Below, one piece after another: positions 9,401-18,643 of a DNA stretch of 64,000 nucleotides. The notes below the pieces were generated by a model. It worked only from the letters and a program-made list of their open reading frames with translations. It made no database searches and had not been told where the DNA came from. The stretch covers positions 8,284 to 72,283 of the forward strand of contig CAZGAW010000004.1 of the NCBI GenBank assembly GCA_964523645.1. The letters are read 5' to 3'. The position numbers were made by a program, and so were the translations under genes. Position 1 is the first letter of the stretch, and every line of letters starts with the position of its first letter. Origin of the DNA: an uncultured bacterium. Its GTDB lineage: Bacteria; Poribacteria; WGA-4E; WGA-3G.

Positions 9401-12119
9401 AACGAATCCAGATAGTGGTGGACCACAAGGCACGGTCGTTGTTAATGCATATACGCCACAACGGACCCACCCCGGGATTGGCTCCATCCAATTGGTAATC
9501 GGTGAGGAAGTTGTTGGCACAGGTGATACAGGCGTTCTCGCTACCGCTGAAGAAATCGCAGCGTTACAAGAGAATACCGACTTCATTACCGACCTTGTTG
9601 CAGTTGCAGCGCAATCAACAGCCGCAGGTGGACTCACAGGAAAACCGATCGCTTACCCAACCTACCTGAAATGGGCGGTTGAGATAGATACTACGGCTCT
9701 CGAAGACACCATCACGGCAGAGAGTGATGCAGCACGCGATGCTTCCAAAGATGACAGTCAGCACATGGTAACTGCAATCGCAATCACCAGCAGTGCTGAG
9801 GAAGTACCGGGACAGCCGGGTGCCAAGACATATCTATCGGTTGACAACGTTGACGATGTCGCACCGTTAGGTCCCACAAACATTGTCGCTGTGGCAGATG
9901 TCGCTGGAATGATTGAAGCAGACGCAGATGGCAACTACACAGTCGGTGGAATCGTTGATGAAACAGTTGAATCACCGATAGCAATTTATACCGTTGAACC
10001 GACTGCTGATCCAAGCACGTATGCCTCGGTTAAGATAGTTCGAGTAGATGCCGACGGCAACGAGATCGACCCGATTGACGGTGAAGTCGGTGCTTTGGAC
10101 CTTACGGATGATGTCGGAATGCTTGAAAATGGAGTTTACATGCTTCACGCTCTAGCAGTTGACGAAGCCGGTAATGTCCAAACCGATGAATCGCCACAAA
10201 CCGCGGTGCATGTGCTGAACTTCCGAGTCACTGATGTTACAAGGCTCGTCGTTACAGCCGTTGACGGTGTGGATGTGCCGAGAACACCACCTGAACCGAT
10301 TCCACTTCGGAGTTCACTTACTGTAGGCTTTGATGTTGACAACGGTTCGTTAGATGCAGAAGAACTCAGCGGTTCTGTTCCTGGAAATGAAGTATCAAGC
10401 GAAAGTGAAGAAAATCCAGAAAATTCCTTCTCATTGAAGGTAGATGTTTCAGGGTTAGCCGATGGTGTTTACACACCAGAAGCCGTTGTTACCAAACGTA
10501 ACGGTTCGGTTAGCTTCCCATTGAAAACCATCAATCTGGATAACACCGGTCCGATGGTTGAAATTCAAACACCTTCGGAAGATGACTCTGTAGATAGTTT
10601 ACCAACCTTCCACGCAACCTATCACGATGGTGAAGGTAGTGGTGTTAACGGTGCAAGCGGAAGCCTCGCTCTCGCACGCCTCCATCCACCCGACGAAGTT
10701 TCAGTAGATGTTGACCAGAATTCTCTTGAAAAAGATGAAGAAGTATTGGTCTACACCCGCACTGAGGAACTTCCAGGTGGGGCATATCGAGTCACTGTGC
10801 AAGTTGCCGATATTCTCGGAAACGTCGGTGAAGGTTCTGCTGAGTTCGCTATCAATGGAACGCCCGCAGACACAACACCGCCAGTCATCACTGAGGCGGC
10901 TCCATCAGGGGTCATTAAGGGTGAAAGTTGGGTAACGCTCTCAGCAGTTGTCAACGACGCGGAATCTAAGGTTATAAGTGTAAAGTTCGGTATAAACGAC
11001 AAACCGTTCCGCTCGATCGCACCGGCACAAATCGCTGAAGGGCGAGTTCAGACAGCTGAAAGTTTCACGGCAGGTACGCACACCATCAAACTCATTGCCG
11101 TCAGTGAAGGTGGTACACGGGAACACACGTGGACCTTCACGTTGGAAGTCGATAACGTCGCACCGACGATCACCTCGATCACGCCAACAGGTACTATCCG
11201 TGCTGGACTCCCGGTAATTTCGGCGAGTGCCAACGATGAATCAGGCGTTGACGAAATGGACATCGCCCTGATGGATAGCGATGGCGAAGAGGTGGAAGGT
11301 GCCACAGAAGATGATGGCGAAGATGATGTGGCAGGTATCACCCGCTTGGATTTCATTCCTGAAGCACCTCTTGGTGAGGGAACTTACACGATTGAAGTCC
11401 GTGCAACGGATACGATCGGCAACTCTGCGACAGCGAAAGGTAGTTTCACAATCGACTTCGATACTGCCGCTCCGGTTATCACGATGTCGTCGCCCCAGAA
11501 TGAGGCTCGTTTGACTGAACGCCGACCGCAGATTTCGATAACCTATGCCGATGCTGAATCCGGTATAGATACTGATTCTATCCGCTTCGTTCTTGATGAC
11601 CAGCTGATTAACCTCGCACCGAATCAGAAGTCGGCATCGCAAGTGGTATATACCCCACCTGCCGAACTCGCTTTCGGGCAACATACGGTTAAACTCGAAG
11701 TATCTGACATGGCGCATAAAGAGGGGAACGTCTCTGAGAAGAGTGCTGGTGCCCGTAAGGCGAACATGGCAGTCCATGAGTTTACATTCTTTGTTGAGAG
11801 TGAGGAAGGCCCAGTATTGGCATCGCGTCCGATTAACGCTCCCAATCCGTTCAAGGATAATACGCGTATCTCCTTCACATTGACTCGACAGTCTACAGTC
11901 AGTATCATTATTTATGATATGACACTCCGACCGGTTCGAGTTCTTGTGGATAACGAGGTTTGGGATGCAGGCGAGTACGTTGGCAAAGGTGCTATCGGTT
12001 GGGATGGAACGTCCACCGCTGGCGAAGACTTAGCTCGAGGCGTTTACTTCTGTCAGATTATGGTCGCAGACGGTTTCGAGCCAGAATATGCCATTCTTAA
12101 ACTCGCACTGACGCGCTAA
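6486..12119 (+). CDS. giant secreted surface protein with Pro-Val repeats, Ig/cadherin-like beta domains and a T9SS-type C-terminal sorting domain
   Basis: Strong GGAGG RBS before ATG at 6486 and a signal peptide MKKRTLVCFLIFTLCVLYTSTPNTVFGQ. A PPVVVE repeat tract follows. The C-terminal ~95 aa match the Por_Secre_tail pattern (NAPNPF, ISFTL, IIIYD, WDGT, GVYFCQI, KLALTR). Confidence 0.75.
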   Translation: MKKRTLVCFLIFTLCVLYTSTPNTVFGQEASLAQQVAAKYSETLQREDIQAVLPAVLEGLKDPEIQPLLNPATIGLVVDNPDLLTQFVPDIDPQFVTLLKEDAELQALLSDPLVHALLQDPAAIDELAALLNVGAEPPVVEPPVVVGPPVVVEPPVVVEPPVVVEPPVVEPPRMEAPSPEPFELLEMPRGEALLGGISLNTASGRRFVEQIVAALGLPASQADAFVDAILEQVPRGFLPKKQIRQILTSSHQSVAFAHEASQLDADNFGNAITPNFADFTYLEQSSKHLTSDSMHVYTRVPSANVGGVVFNLTDGRTFEGMEITSESMIPYTFRLEETLAATNLPAWPSLDTQLFDSVVLHYSNTGPNGNYSPADMQRNGDTWEVEVPIQTGSSTYYYFEVTLTEPVEFMTLSREKLAEIFQDPHTMSLAAILDATTVLDVTSWAMPDPRNLQLADRGIIDALFDADVQAAFLSVFGSPQAAALRAKVLSGQQVTLNEVLGIISPKQQRTLQNLLLRNTNRLTQKFEESFDPMLASVFTLPKISPGTSFWFKRIDHIADGPNQQLEALVLDADGVPVDQIIETFTVDTKAPEASIHITPGDANTAGYSNNEGIYVATAHHPGNVILNVTGEPKHAYAGQGVGPGEGYLLYQEIGLDAHGVPHTNWMPLTIESTMLSSRIWISVLERNEDQIISLLKQNFPQLVGGLDDASILSLAKTTSPEAVLALISPGTIQTSANSFFKSLGLRNFNLTDAQAATIHQALGGSIKILDELVPVTFDAPHTVKMVVPQGVYGDYGVRAMGIDMLFNVGAYAEPTRVRIVMPEKDKASITAASIGDRNGDGDADEPYESGTIFSNTTDGVMLTVNLDHRSPHPASIHVEYMDANGAWQPVGEAQMFAEGEGETGSTFEVSWDVTDFDALASAGDSVMVRAVAMNYLQLTHVSEPFSIKLDDDVHPVDLEVLALVLDPESITETNPDSGGPQGTVVVNAYTPQRTHPGIGSIQLVIGEEVVGTGDTGVLATAEEIAALQENTDFITDLVAVAAQSTAAGGLTGKPIAYPTYLKWAVEIDTTALEDTITAESDAARDASKDDSQHMVTAIAITSSAEEVPGQPGAKTYLSVDNVDDVAPLGPTNIVAVADVAGMIEADADGNYTVGGIVDETVESPIAIYTVEPTADPSTYASVKIVRVDADGNEIDPIDGEVGALDLTDDVGMLENGVYMLHALAVDEAGNVQTDESPQTAVHVLNFRVTDVTRLVVTAVDGVDVPRTPPEPIPLRSSLTVGFDVDNGSLDAEELSGSVPGNEVSSESEENPENSFSLKVDVSGLADGVYTPEAVVTKRNGSVSFPLKTINLDNTGPMVEIQTPSEDDSVDSLPTFHATYHDGEGSGVNGASGSLALARLHPPDEVSVDVDQNSLEKDEEVLVYTRTEELPGGAYRVTVQVADILGNVGEGSAEFAINGTPADTTPPVITEAAPSGVIKGESWVTLSAVVNDAESKVISVKFGINDKPFRSIAPAQIAEGRVQTAESFTAGTHTIKLIAVSEGGTREHTWTFTLEVDNVAPTITSITPTGTIRAGLPVISASANDESGVDEMDIALMDSDGEEVEGATEDDGEDDVAGITRLDFIPEAPLGEGTYTIEVRATDTIGNSATAKGSFTIDFDTAAPVITMSSPQNEARLTERRPQISITYADAESGIDTDSIRFVLDDQLINLAPNQKSASQVVYTPPAELAFGQHTVKLEVSDMAHKEGNVSEKSAGARKANMAVHEFTFFVESEEGPVLASRPINAPNPFKDNTRISFTLTRQSTVSIIIYDMTLRPVRVLVDNEVWDAGEYVGKGAIGWDGTSTAGEDLARGVYFCQIMVADGFEPEYAILKLALTR
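6901..7005 (+). repeat. 15-bp coding tandem repeat encoding (E/G)PPVVV x6
   Basis: Direct tandem repeats gaaccacccgtcgtt/gttggacctccggtt, in frame inside the giant gene. Confidence 0.6.
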
Positions 12120-12193
12120 GTATACCGCAGTCTGCATATCGGGAATTGGGCATCCGTCCAATTCCCGATGTGGACAGTCTTTTGGAGGATATA

Positions 12194-13192
12194 ATGTTAA
12201 TAACAAAGCAAATTGCTAAATGGGCTTCCAGACAGGGCCCGAAATTGCTATGTGGTTTAATACCCCTTTTCTTTCTTATCCTAGCGGTGTCACCGGTCAG
12301 TTTTGCTGGCGTGGATGCCATGCCACACCTACGGCTTGGTGCAGGTGCCCGCTCAATCGGTATGGGTGGTGCCTTCACAGCAATTGCTGATGATGCCACT
12401 GCCACCGTTTGGAATCCGGCAGGACTCGGTTCCGCAGCGGATTTAAGTCTCAATTTTTCAACCCAGCAGCTTGATCTGGATAGAAGCCATAACTTTATCG
12501 CAGTGACGAAATCTCTCGGTTCAGCCGGATCCATCGGACTGGCCGTCACAAACGCAGGGGTCAGTGGTATCCAACAATATGATACCAATGAACGCTATGG
12601 TGGCACATTCAACTATAGCGCAAATGCTTATTCCCTCTCTTACGGCATTGGTTTCGGAAGCTTCGGCATCGGTTTAACGGGTCGCATGTTGGCGGATAAC
12701 TTTGGCGCAGAGGGCGTTGAAAGCCAGAGTGGTTTTGGTGGTGTAGATGTCGGACTGATGGGGCATGCTTTACACATAGATGTAGGCGAAGAAAAAGTCC
12801 CAACTTTCCATTATGGTGTTGCTGCTAAATACTTGGGCGCAGCCCTCGGGGAAGACACCGTACCGATGGTAATTAGTGTCGGAGCCGCCTATAACCTATA
12901 TGTCGGTAACGTCGTCACTTTCGCAGCCGATCTTGAGCAAGAGATGGTCAATCTCGACGAGAGCGCGACAGGCTTAAGGCTCGGTACTGAATACACCATT
13001 GTTACTTACAAGTCCACTGCCCTTGCTATTCGAGGCGGAATCAAAGCATCACGCGACACCCAAAACCTCTTCGGAGGGTTTGGCGTGAACATCGGCGGGC
13101 TTCAGATTGATTATGCTATTCAAGATGGTATGGCAACTGAAATTAACGGGGTCGGATCAACTCACTTTGCGTCCCTCTCTTATAGATTTTAA
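12194..13192 (+). CDS. PorV/PorQ-like outer-membrane beta-barrel protein
   Basis: GGAGG RBS before ATG at 12194 and a signal peptide. The N-terminal motif GARSIGMGGAFTAIADDATATVWNPAGLG is characteristic of PorV/UPF0164-type barrels. It sits immediately downstream of the CTD cargo gene. Confidence 0.5.
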   Translation: MLITKQIAKWASRQGPKLLCGLIPLFFLILAVSPVSFAGVDAMPHLRLGAGARSIGMGGAFTAIADDATATVWNPAGLGSAADLSLNFSTQQLDLDRSHNFIAVTKSLGSAGSIGLAVTNAGVSGIQQYDTNERYGGTFNYSANAYSLSYGIGFGSFGIGLTGRMLADNFGAEGVESQSGFGGVDVGLMGHALHIDVGEEKVPTFHYGVAAKYLGAALGEDTVPMVISVGAAYNLYVGNVVTFAADLEQEMVNLDESATGLRLGTEYTIVTYKSTALAIRGGIKASRDTQNLFGGFGVNIGGLQIDYAIQDGMATEINGVGSTHFASLSYRF

Positions 13193-13204
13193 AGGAGATA
13201 ACTA

Positions 13205-14068
13205 ATGAAAATGATAAGAGGCACACTGAAGTTGGCACTAGTACTGTATATTTGCGCAGCACTCAGTGGTGTTTATGTGTTATCCGCATCCGCAAAAATC
13301 ACACCGCACGAGGGGGATGATGATACAAGACTCATCACCATTGTAAAGGGTGATACCCTCTGGGATCTCTGTCAAGAGCATCTCGAGGACCCGCTGCGGT
13401 GGCGCGAACTGAGCAAGTATAACGACTTCACTAACCCACACCTCATCTACCCAGGCGAAAAGTTACGTATTCCGCTCGCTATGTTAAAAGAGGCTAAGGT
13501 CGTTGCTGAAGAAGAACTTGCGGCGCAGCAGGCAGAACTTGAAAAACTCAGAGTAGAATTAGCTGAATCTGAAGCAACGCGAGATAAACTTGAAGCAGAA
13601 ATTAACGGACTTAATAAGAGTATGGACAAACTCAAGGCACAAATCGAGGCTCTTGAAGCAAGTCTAAAATCACAAGAAAAGTTAATGGCTGCTGTGAGTC
13701 AATCTGGTGATGCAATCTCCTCGAGTATTAAAGAAGGTCTTGCAGCGAACAAGGCGGCTATTATTGACCAGATTGCCCATCTCGACATGTATCTTAAAGA
13801 GTTGGATAAAATGGTCAAAGCGCACAAAATGGCAGCGGAAGCAACACACGAACTCGTTAAATCAATCCAAGAGAACGTGAAAATGTCTTTGGCACAAATT
13901 GAAGCCAATCAAAAGGCAATCAACGAAGTCAAGATGATACTTGAGGATGCCAAAGGTGTCCACGAGGAACTGTCCTCATCCAAACGTGCTTTGGTGTTTC
14001 TAACAACCGTCGCAGCAGGGATTGGCTTGTTTGCCATCAACACCATTGGTGGACGCAGCGGCGAATAA
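13205..14068 (+). CDS. LysM-domain protein with long coiled coil and C-terminal transmembrane helix
   Basis: AAGGAG RBS. LysM motif TIVKGDTLWDLC...YPGEKLRIP, followed by heptad-rich ~150 aa and a C-terminal hydrophobic segment. Confidence 0.65.
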   Translation: MKMIRGTLKLALVLYICAALSGVYVLSASAKITPHEGDDDTRLITIVKGDTLWDLCQEHLEDPLRWRELSKYNDFTNPHLIYPGEKLRIPLAMLKEAKVVAEEELAAQQAELEKLRVELAESEATRDKLEAEINGLNKSMDKLKAQIEALEASLKSQEKLMAAVSQSGDAISSSIKEGLAANKAAIIDQIAHLDMYLKELDKMVKAHKMAAEATHELVKSIQENVKMSLAQIEANQKAINEVKMILEDAKGVHEELSSSKRALVFLTTVAAGIGLFAINTIGGRSGE

Positions 14069-14160
14069 GCGAAACCCGTCACCTCTTAGGCAGGGAAGGT
14101 GTTTCAAGCACCTCCCTGCTTTTTTTATAGAATTCGCCACTGATCAAAGGTACTGGGTGT

Positions 14161-14784
14161 ATGTCATCAGATAGCACTAAATATCCTCAGCCACCCTTCA
14201 CTCAGGCAATCAAACTTTATGGCGATAGGGCGGGCAGTAAAGGCACTTTTAAATTCGCTGGCTTCGCGTGGATACAGGACACTAAAGTCATCTTGGTACA
14301 AGGTGATGCCCAAAGCCTGGACTGTGCTGCGGAGTGGCGATGTTTTCTACGTCTAACTGCCCTGGCACATCGCCTCAAAAAGCCTATTGTTTTGTGGAAT
14401 TTGCCCGTTGTACACATTGCTACAATACAGCGCCGGACTTCGTTAGACTGCGCACAGGCAATTCAGAATGCTGAATTGGAACTCTTAAGGCTGCCACACC
14501 CTATCATTACGGTTTTTGATGGAACCTACGACAGTACTTACGCGTACCCAGAACTGATATGGAACGACGGGGTTGTACTCGTTACACCACCAGATACACA
14601 GGTTTCTGAACACGAAAAGGTGAAAATTGTGCGGCGTTCAACGGACATTGCATCCGCAATTTTGGAACTCCTCTGTCAAGCAGAAAAGATTCCTGCCACA
14701 GAATTAGTCAAAAATCGGCAGGAATCGTTACGATTGGCGGCAAAAAGTAGAACGGAGTTCTCTTTAAACCCGTTACCCCCCTGA
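14161..14784 (+). CDS. hypothetical protein with a ClpP/crotonase-like (acetyl-CoA carboxylase carboxyltransferase-like) fold
   Basis: Weak similarity to the AccA region: RLKKPIVLW...PIITVFDGTYDSTYAY. This is divergent and not reliable for function. Confidence 0.35.
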   Translation: MSSDSTKYPQPPFTQAIKLYGDRAGSKGTFKFAGFAWIQDTKVILVQGDAQSLDCAAEWRCFLRLTALAHRLKKPIVLWNLPVVHIATIQRRTSLDCAQAIQNAELELLRLPHPIITVFDGTYDSTYAYPELIWNDGVVLVTPPDTQVSEHEKVKIVRRSTDIASAILELLCQAEKIPATELVKNRQESLRLAAKSRTEFSLNPLPP

Positions 14785-14793
14785 GGAAACCGC

Positions 14794-15417
14794 ATGTTTG
14801 AAGCAAAATTAAAACCCCAGCTCGAAATAATTTTGTCTGTTGTCGCAAACAAGATGGTTGCAATCGGTATTACAGCGAATATGGTCACATTCTTTGGGTT
14901 CGTCGTAAACCTTATCGCGACCTTTTACTTTGCAACTGGACGTCTTGTCACTGCTGGGATCTTAATTCTATTTGGGGGAAGCTTTGATATGATAGATGGG
15001 GCGGTTGCCCGAGCACAGAGAAACCTTCGGGCGTCAGGTGCACTCTTGGACTCCGTCATTGATCGCTACTCAGAAGGCTTTCTCTTCCTCGGTGCTCTTA
15101 TCTATTTTTACAGTTTGGAAAGTCTAATAGGGATAGTTCTCGCGTTTAGTGCTTGGTTCGGTTCAATACTCGTCAGTTACGTAAGGGCAAGAGCTGAGGG
15201 ACTTCAAGTGACTTGTAAGGTGGGACTCATGCAACGACCAGAACGTATTATCTTACTCGGGGCAGGAACTTTGCTGCAAGGAGCACTCTTATACAAATTT
15301 CCGACGCTTCAAAATACTGGGATGATTTTGCTCTGTACACTTGGTATCCTCACACTCACCTCACATATCACCGCTATCCATCGTCTCGTTTTTTCATATC
15401 AGGAATTGAGTCGCTAA
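14794..15417 (+). CDS. CDP-alcohol phosphatidyltransferase family protein
   Basis: GAGGAAA RBS. Signature DMIDGAVAR...G...DSVIDRYSE (D-G-x2-A-R...D-x3-D) in a multi-TM protein. Confidence 0.75.
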   Translation: MFEAKLKPQLEIILSVVANKMVAIGITANMVTFFGFVVNLIATFYFATGRLVTAGILILFGGSFDMIDGAVARAQRNLRASGALLDSVIDRYSEGFLFLGALIYFYSLESLIGIVLAFSAWFGSILVSYVRARAEGLQVTCKVGLMQRPERIILLGAGTLLQGALLYKFPTLQNTGMILLCTLGILTLTSHITAIHRLVFSYQELSR

Positions 15418-16187
15418 CTTCCACTAAGACTCAACCAAATAAGACGAACGGCAAAAGCCAGAACAGCAACAACCAGTACCACTTTAATCCACTTTTCCCC
15501 TTTTTCAACTGCCCAATGGCTTCCAAGCCATGCACCACAAGCGTTACCAACTGCCAGCGTCGGTCCTAAATACCAATTAACTTTGCCCTCCAGAATAAAA
15601 ACACCCAGTGCAACAACAGTATAAAAGAAGATAACAAAAACTTTAATAGCATTTGTCCGAACCAGGTCCATACCGGTAAGAAGGCGCAAACCCGTTATGA
15701 TGAGCAATCCCACCCCAGCTTGGATGAACCCACCGTAAATTCCGATAAAAAAGAAAACAATCATTGTGATGATTTTGGAACCTGTCTGTCCACTCTTAAT
15801 CTTATCTTTCAACCGCTCTGTTGGATTGAGGAGTGTTAGAACCAACATAGTAATCATCACAACAGCAAGTATTAGATTGAACGTTGCATCCTTGATGTCA
15901 ACTGCGATCATAGCACCTATCACGGCACCGACAACCGCTGGTATAGCGAGTAAGATGCTGTAACTAAAATCAAAAACCCCTTTACGGCGGAAGCCCATGA
16001 TGGCACTGAAATTTTGGCAGAAAATGGCGATCCTATTGGTTCCGTTTGCCACTGCAGCCTCGAGCCCAAGAAAGATAAGTACAGGCAGTGCCAGCAGCGA
16101 ACCACCAAAGGCAACCGTGTTTAAGAAACCCGCGCAAATACCTGTACCAAAGAGCAAGACGATGTGTAAAAGATTAAGTTCTTCCAC
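15414..16187 (-). CDS. sulfite exporter TauE/SafE family membrane protein
   Basis: GTG start with AGGGGAA RBS. About eight TM helices with a TauE-like duplicated 4-TM pattern (GAGFLNT...GGS). Confidence 0.65.
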   Translation of the reverse strand: MEELNLLHIVLLFGTGICAGFLNTVAFGGSLLALPVLIFLGLEAAVANGTNRIAIFCQNFSAIMGFRRKGVFDFSYSILLAIPAVVGAVIGAMIAVDIKDATFNLILAVVMITMLVLTLLNPTERLKDKIKSGQTGSKIITMIVFFFIGIYGGFIQAGVGLLIITGLRLLTGMDLVRTNAIKVFVIFFYTVVALGVFILEGKVNWYLGPTLAVGNACGAWLGSHWAVEKGEKWIKVVLVVAVLAFAVRLIWLSLSGS

Positions 16188-16196
16188 TTTATTCCC

Positions 16197-16478
16197 CTAT
16201 TGTTTCCTCTTTTTTTTAAAATTGGATAGCATCTGGCGATATTTCGCAAAACCGATGAGAACAAGAGCAACGATGTTACCGAAAACAATGGCACTTCCGA
16301 ACCCGGCAATTACCAAAAAACCGCCGATCCGAAGAATCCCATCTCCAAATGGACAGTGCCAGTCTAAAATAAAAATAGCCACGGCGGAAATCAAAGTGCC
16401 AAGTATGAATCCTATTCCCGCAGCGGCACCAGCAACATTCTGAAGTTTTCTCAACATCGGCAGTTGAACTTCAAACAT
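16197..16478 (-). CDS. small 3-TM membrane protein (DUF1634-like, TauE-associated)
   Basis: 93-aa hydrophobic ORF directly upstream of TauE on the same strand, a commonly seen TauE companion. Confidence 0.4.
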   Translation of the reverse strand: MFEVQLPMLRKLQNVAGAAAGIGFILGTLISAVAIFILDWHCPFGDGILRIGGFLVIAGFGSAIVFGNIVALVLIGFAKYRQMLSNFKKKRKQ

Positions 16479-16508
16479 CTGTATCCCTTCGTTTCTATGT
16501 CATTCTCG

Positions 16509-17528
16509 TTAGGTATGCCCCAAGTACTTATCTCTGCCTTGTACAAGTGCCTCTATCTTTCGATCTACTACAGAGCGTTGGAGCATCCAAAAGCCACAAT
16601 CCGGGTGCACCCAGCCAATCCGTCCAGCCCCGAGTGTCTTTTCTGCGGTTTCGATGCTGGCTGCCACATCATCTGGCGTCTCAATCGGATTAACCTTCAC
16701 GTCAATTACGCCAATACCGAGGACAATATCCGATGTGATTTCCCTGAGGGCTTCAAGGTCTGTTTGAGGACGATGTTGCAACTCTAAAACGAGATGGTCG
16801 CATCGAAGCATATTCAAAAAGTCAATCAAAGCCCGCCAGTTACCTTTTTGGATAACCTGACCGCCGTAGTTACCAAAGCAGAAATGAACAGCTTTCTCAC
16901 CACTAAAAGCATCAAGGACAATATTGATTGCTTCAGCAGCGCGAGGGCCATCCTCTGGATTGCCGGGTATGTTTGCCTCATCAATTTGAAGACATGCACA
17001 ATCCAACTCTCGGACCTGGGTCGCTAATACTTCTGACAAAGCAATGAGCAACTTGTCAAAGTCGCCGTAGTGTTTATCCAACAAGGTCCGTGCGAGCATG
17101 TAAGGGCTCGTCACCGTAAATTTAATATCCTTCCCAGCTACGCTCACTACGCGTTCACAATCGGAAATGAGGTTTAACGTGCCTTCTCCGAGTGCACTCT
17201 CGACGACACCTGCAGGTTTTGCACGAAATGACATCGTCTGCATCTGTCGAAATTCATGCCATTCCTGTCTTCCTACTTCCGATCTCACACCAGAAAGTGG
17301 ACGGATAAAATAATCAATCATCCCGTTGGTATCAGGGTGGTTGGCATCGAACCGATAGAGTTCACCATCTGTCGGTAGGTCAATACCCCGTTGACGCTGG
17401 ATATCTACGACGACCCGCGTCGCATCAAGCAGAGTTTGCTCTGTTGGCATTGATAAAAGCCATGCTGGCACAGGATAAGAACCAACAGTCGTGGTTAAAA
17501 TTTCTGGTTTTTTTGTTATATTTTTCAT
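16509..17528 (-). CDS. cobalamin-independent methionine synthase (MetE C-terminal-domain-like) family protein
   Basis: TTVGSYPVP N-terminus, LQIDEANIPG, and HPDCGFW resembling the MetE zinc-ligand region. Confidence 0.6.
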   Translation of the reverse strand: MKNITKKPEILTTTVGSYPVPAWLLSMPTEQTLLDATRVVVDIQRQRGIDLPTDGELYRFDANHPDTNGMIDYFIRPLSGVRSEVGRQEWHEFRQMQTMSFRAKPAGVVESALGEGTLNLISDCERVVSVAGKDIKFTVTSPYMLARTLLDKHYGDFDKLLIALSEVLATQVRELDCACLQIDEANIPGNPEDGPRAAEAINIVLDAFSGEKAVHFCFGNYGGQVIQKGNWRALIDFLNMLRCDHLVLELQHRPQTDLEALREITSDIVLGIGVIDVKVNPIETPDDVAASIETAEKTLGAGRIGWVHPDCGFWMLQRSVVDRKIEALVQGRDKYLGHT

Positions 17529-17532
17529 AGGT

Positions 17533-18543
17533 TTAATTTCTGACTAATTCAAAGGACTCAAGTTCAAATACCGTTTCAACTGTCACATCACCCCGAGTCT
17601 GGGACTGTGTAAATTTGATAATCCCAACATTCGGCGCGACCCACTTTTTTACAACAGTGATATCGAGTGGCACATTCTGATTTTCAATATCAAATCCCCA
17701 CCGAAAGGATTCCTGAACCTGAAAGACATGTTCAAAGGTTCCAGCAGGCACGGTCACAGTCTCCTCCGATACCACCTCAAATTCGTCGAGACCACCGCCA
17801 ATCGGAAAAAGTTCAGGCACCAATTGTGCCTGAAAGTTAACTTCCCAACTCTCACCCGGAATAAGCGGAAATTGGTACAGTGGGAGATACGGCACAAACA
17901 GAATCGTATCACCTGTGCCAGATGTTGTATTCTGTGCGTGCTGTACAATCGCTGAAACTTCACCCTTTTCATCAAGACTTGTGCCCAGGTACGAGTAGTT
18001 TACAATGTTCTCCAAACCCTCAGCTTCGCTCGATTTCTGGAGGACAAAACTCTCAATGGTTTCGCCACCTGCGCGTTGAATCTGGATGGTATCCACAATT
18101 TCAAAAGTAATCTCAGCACCGCTTGCATCACGGTAATGCCAAACATTCCCGACAGCCAATGGATAGTAGTCTCCTGGTCGGGTTCGCCACACTTGAATAT
18201 CAAGTGTACTCCTCGTAGTCTTTTCTCCATCGCTTACTGTAACTTCAATTTGGTACTTCCGTTCAGTTTCGGGAGCGCGCCAGAGCGCGCCAGAAGCGTT
18301 CTCCGTTAGTTCACCACCCGTAACCGACCAACTATATGATAGAGAGTGTCCCTCAAGGTCGGAAGCTTCCAGACGGATCGACACCTCTGTCCCTGGCGGA
18401 ACTATATTTGATTCTGCTTCAAATACCAAAATATGCGGTGCAACGTTTGTACTACCAGTTTCATCACCACCACAACCTACTGCAACGCCAATAAGCAAAA
18501 GCCAGAAGATCTTCCAAGCCTTAACTATGTTTTTAGTTTCCAT
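17533..18543 (-). CDS. lipoprotein with Ig/FN3-like beta-sandwich domain
   Basis: Signal peptide plus lipobox LIGVAVGCGG. The beta-rich sequence is otherwise uncharacterised. Confidence 0.5.
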   Translation of the reverse strand: METKNIVKAWKIFWLLLIGVAVGCGGDETGSTNVAPHILVFEAESNIVPPGTEVSIRLEASDLEGHSLSYSWSVTGGELTENASGALWRAPETERKYQIEVTVSDGEKTTRSTLDIQVWRTRPGDYYPLAVGNVWHYRDASGAEITFEIVDTIQIQRAGGETIESFVLQKSSEAEGLENIVNYSYLGTSLDEKGEVSAIVQHAQNTTSGTGDTILFVPYLPLYQFPLIPGESWEVNFQAQLVPELFPIGGGLDEFEVVSEETVTVPAGTFEHVFQVQESFRWGFDIENQNVPLDITVVKKWVAPNVGIIKFTQSQTRGDVTVETVFELESFELVRN

Positions 18544-18643
18544 GATATCTTTCCCCAGATACGACCTTTTTCACACAATCCCCGTAAATTTCGGTGGCAG
18601 GTTCGCTGGGAAGTGCCATTAACCAAACAACACCCACACTTTT

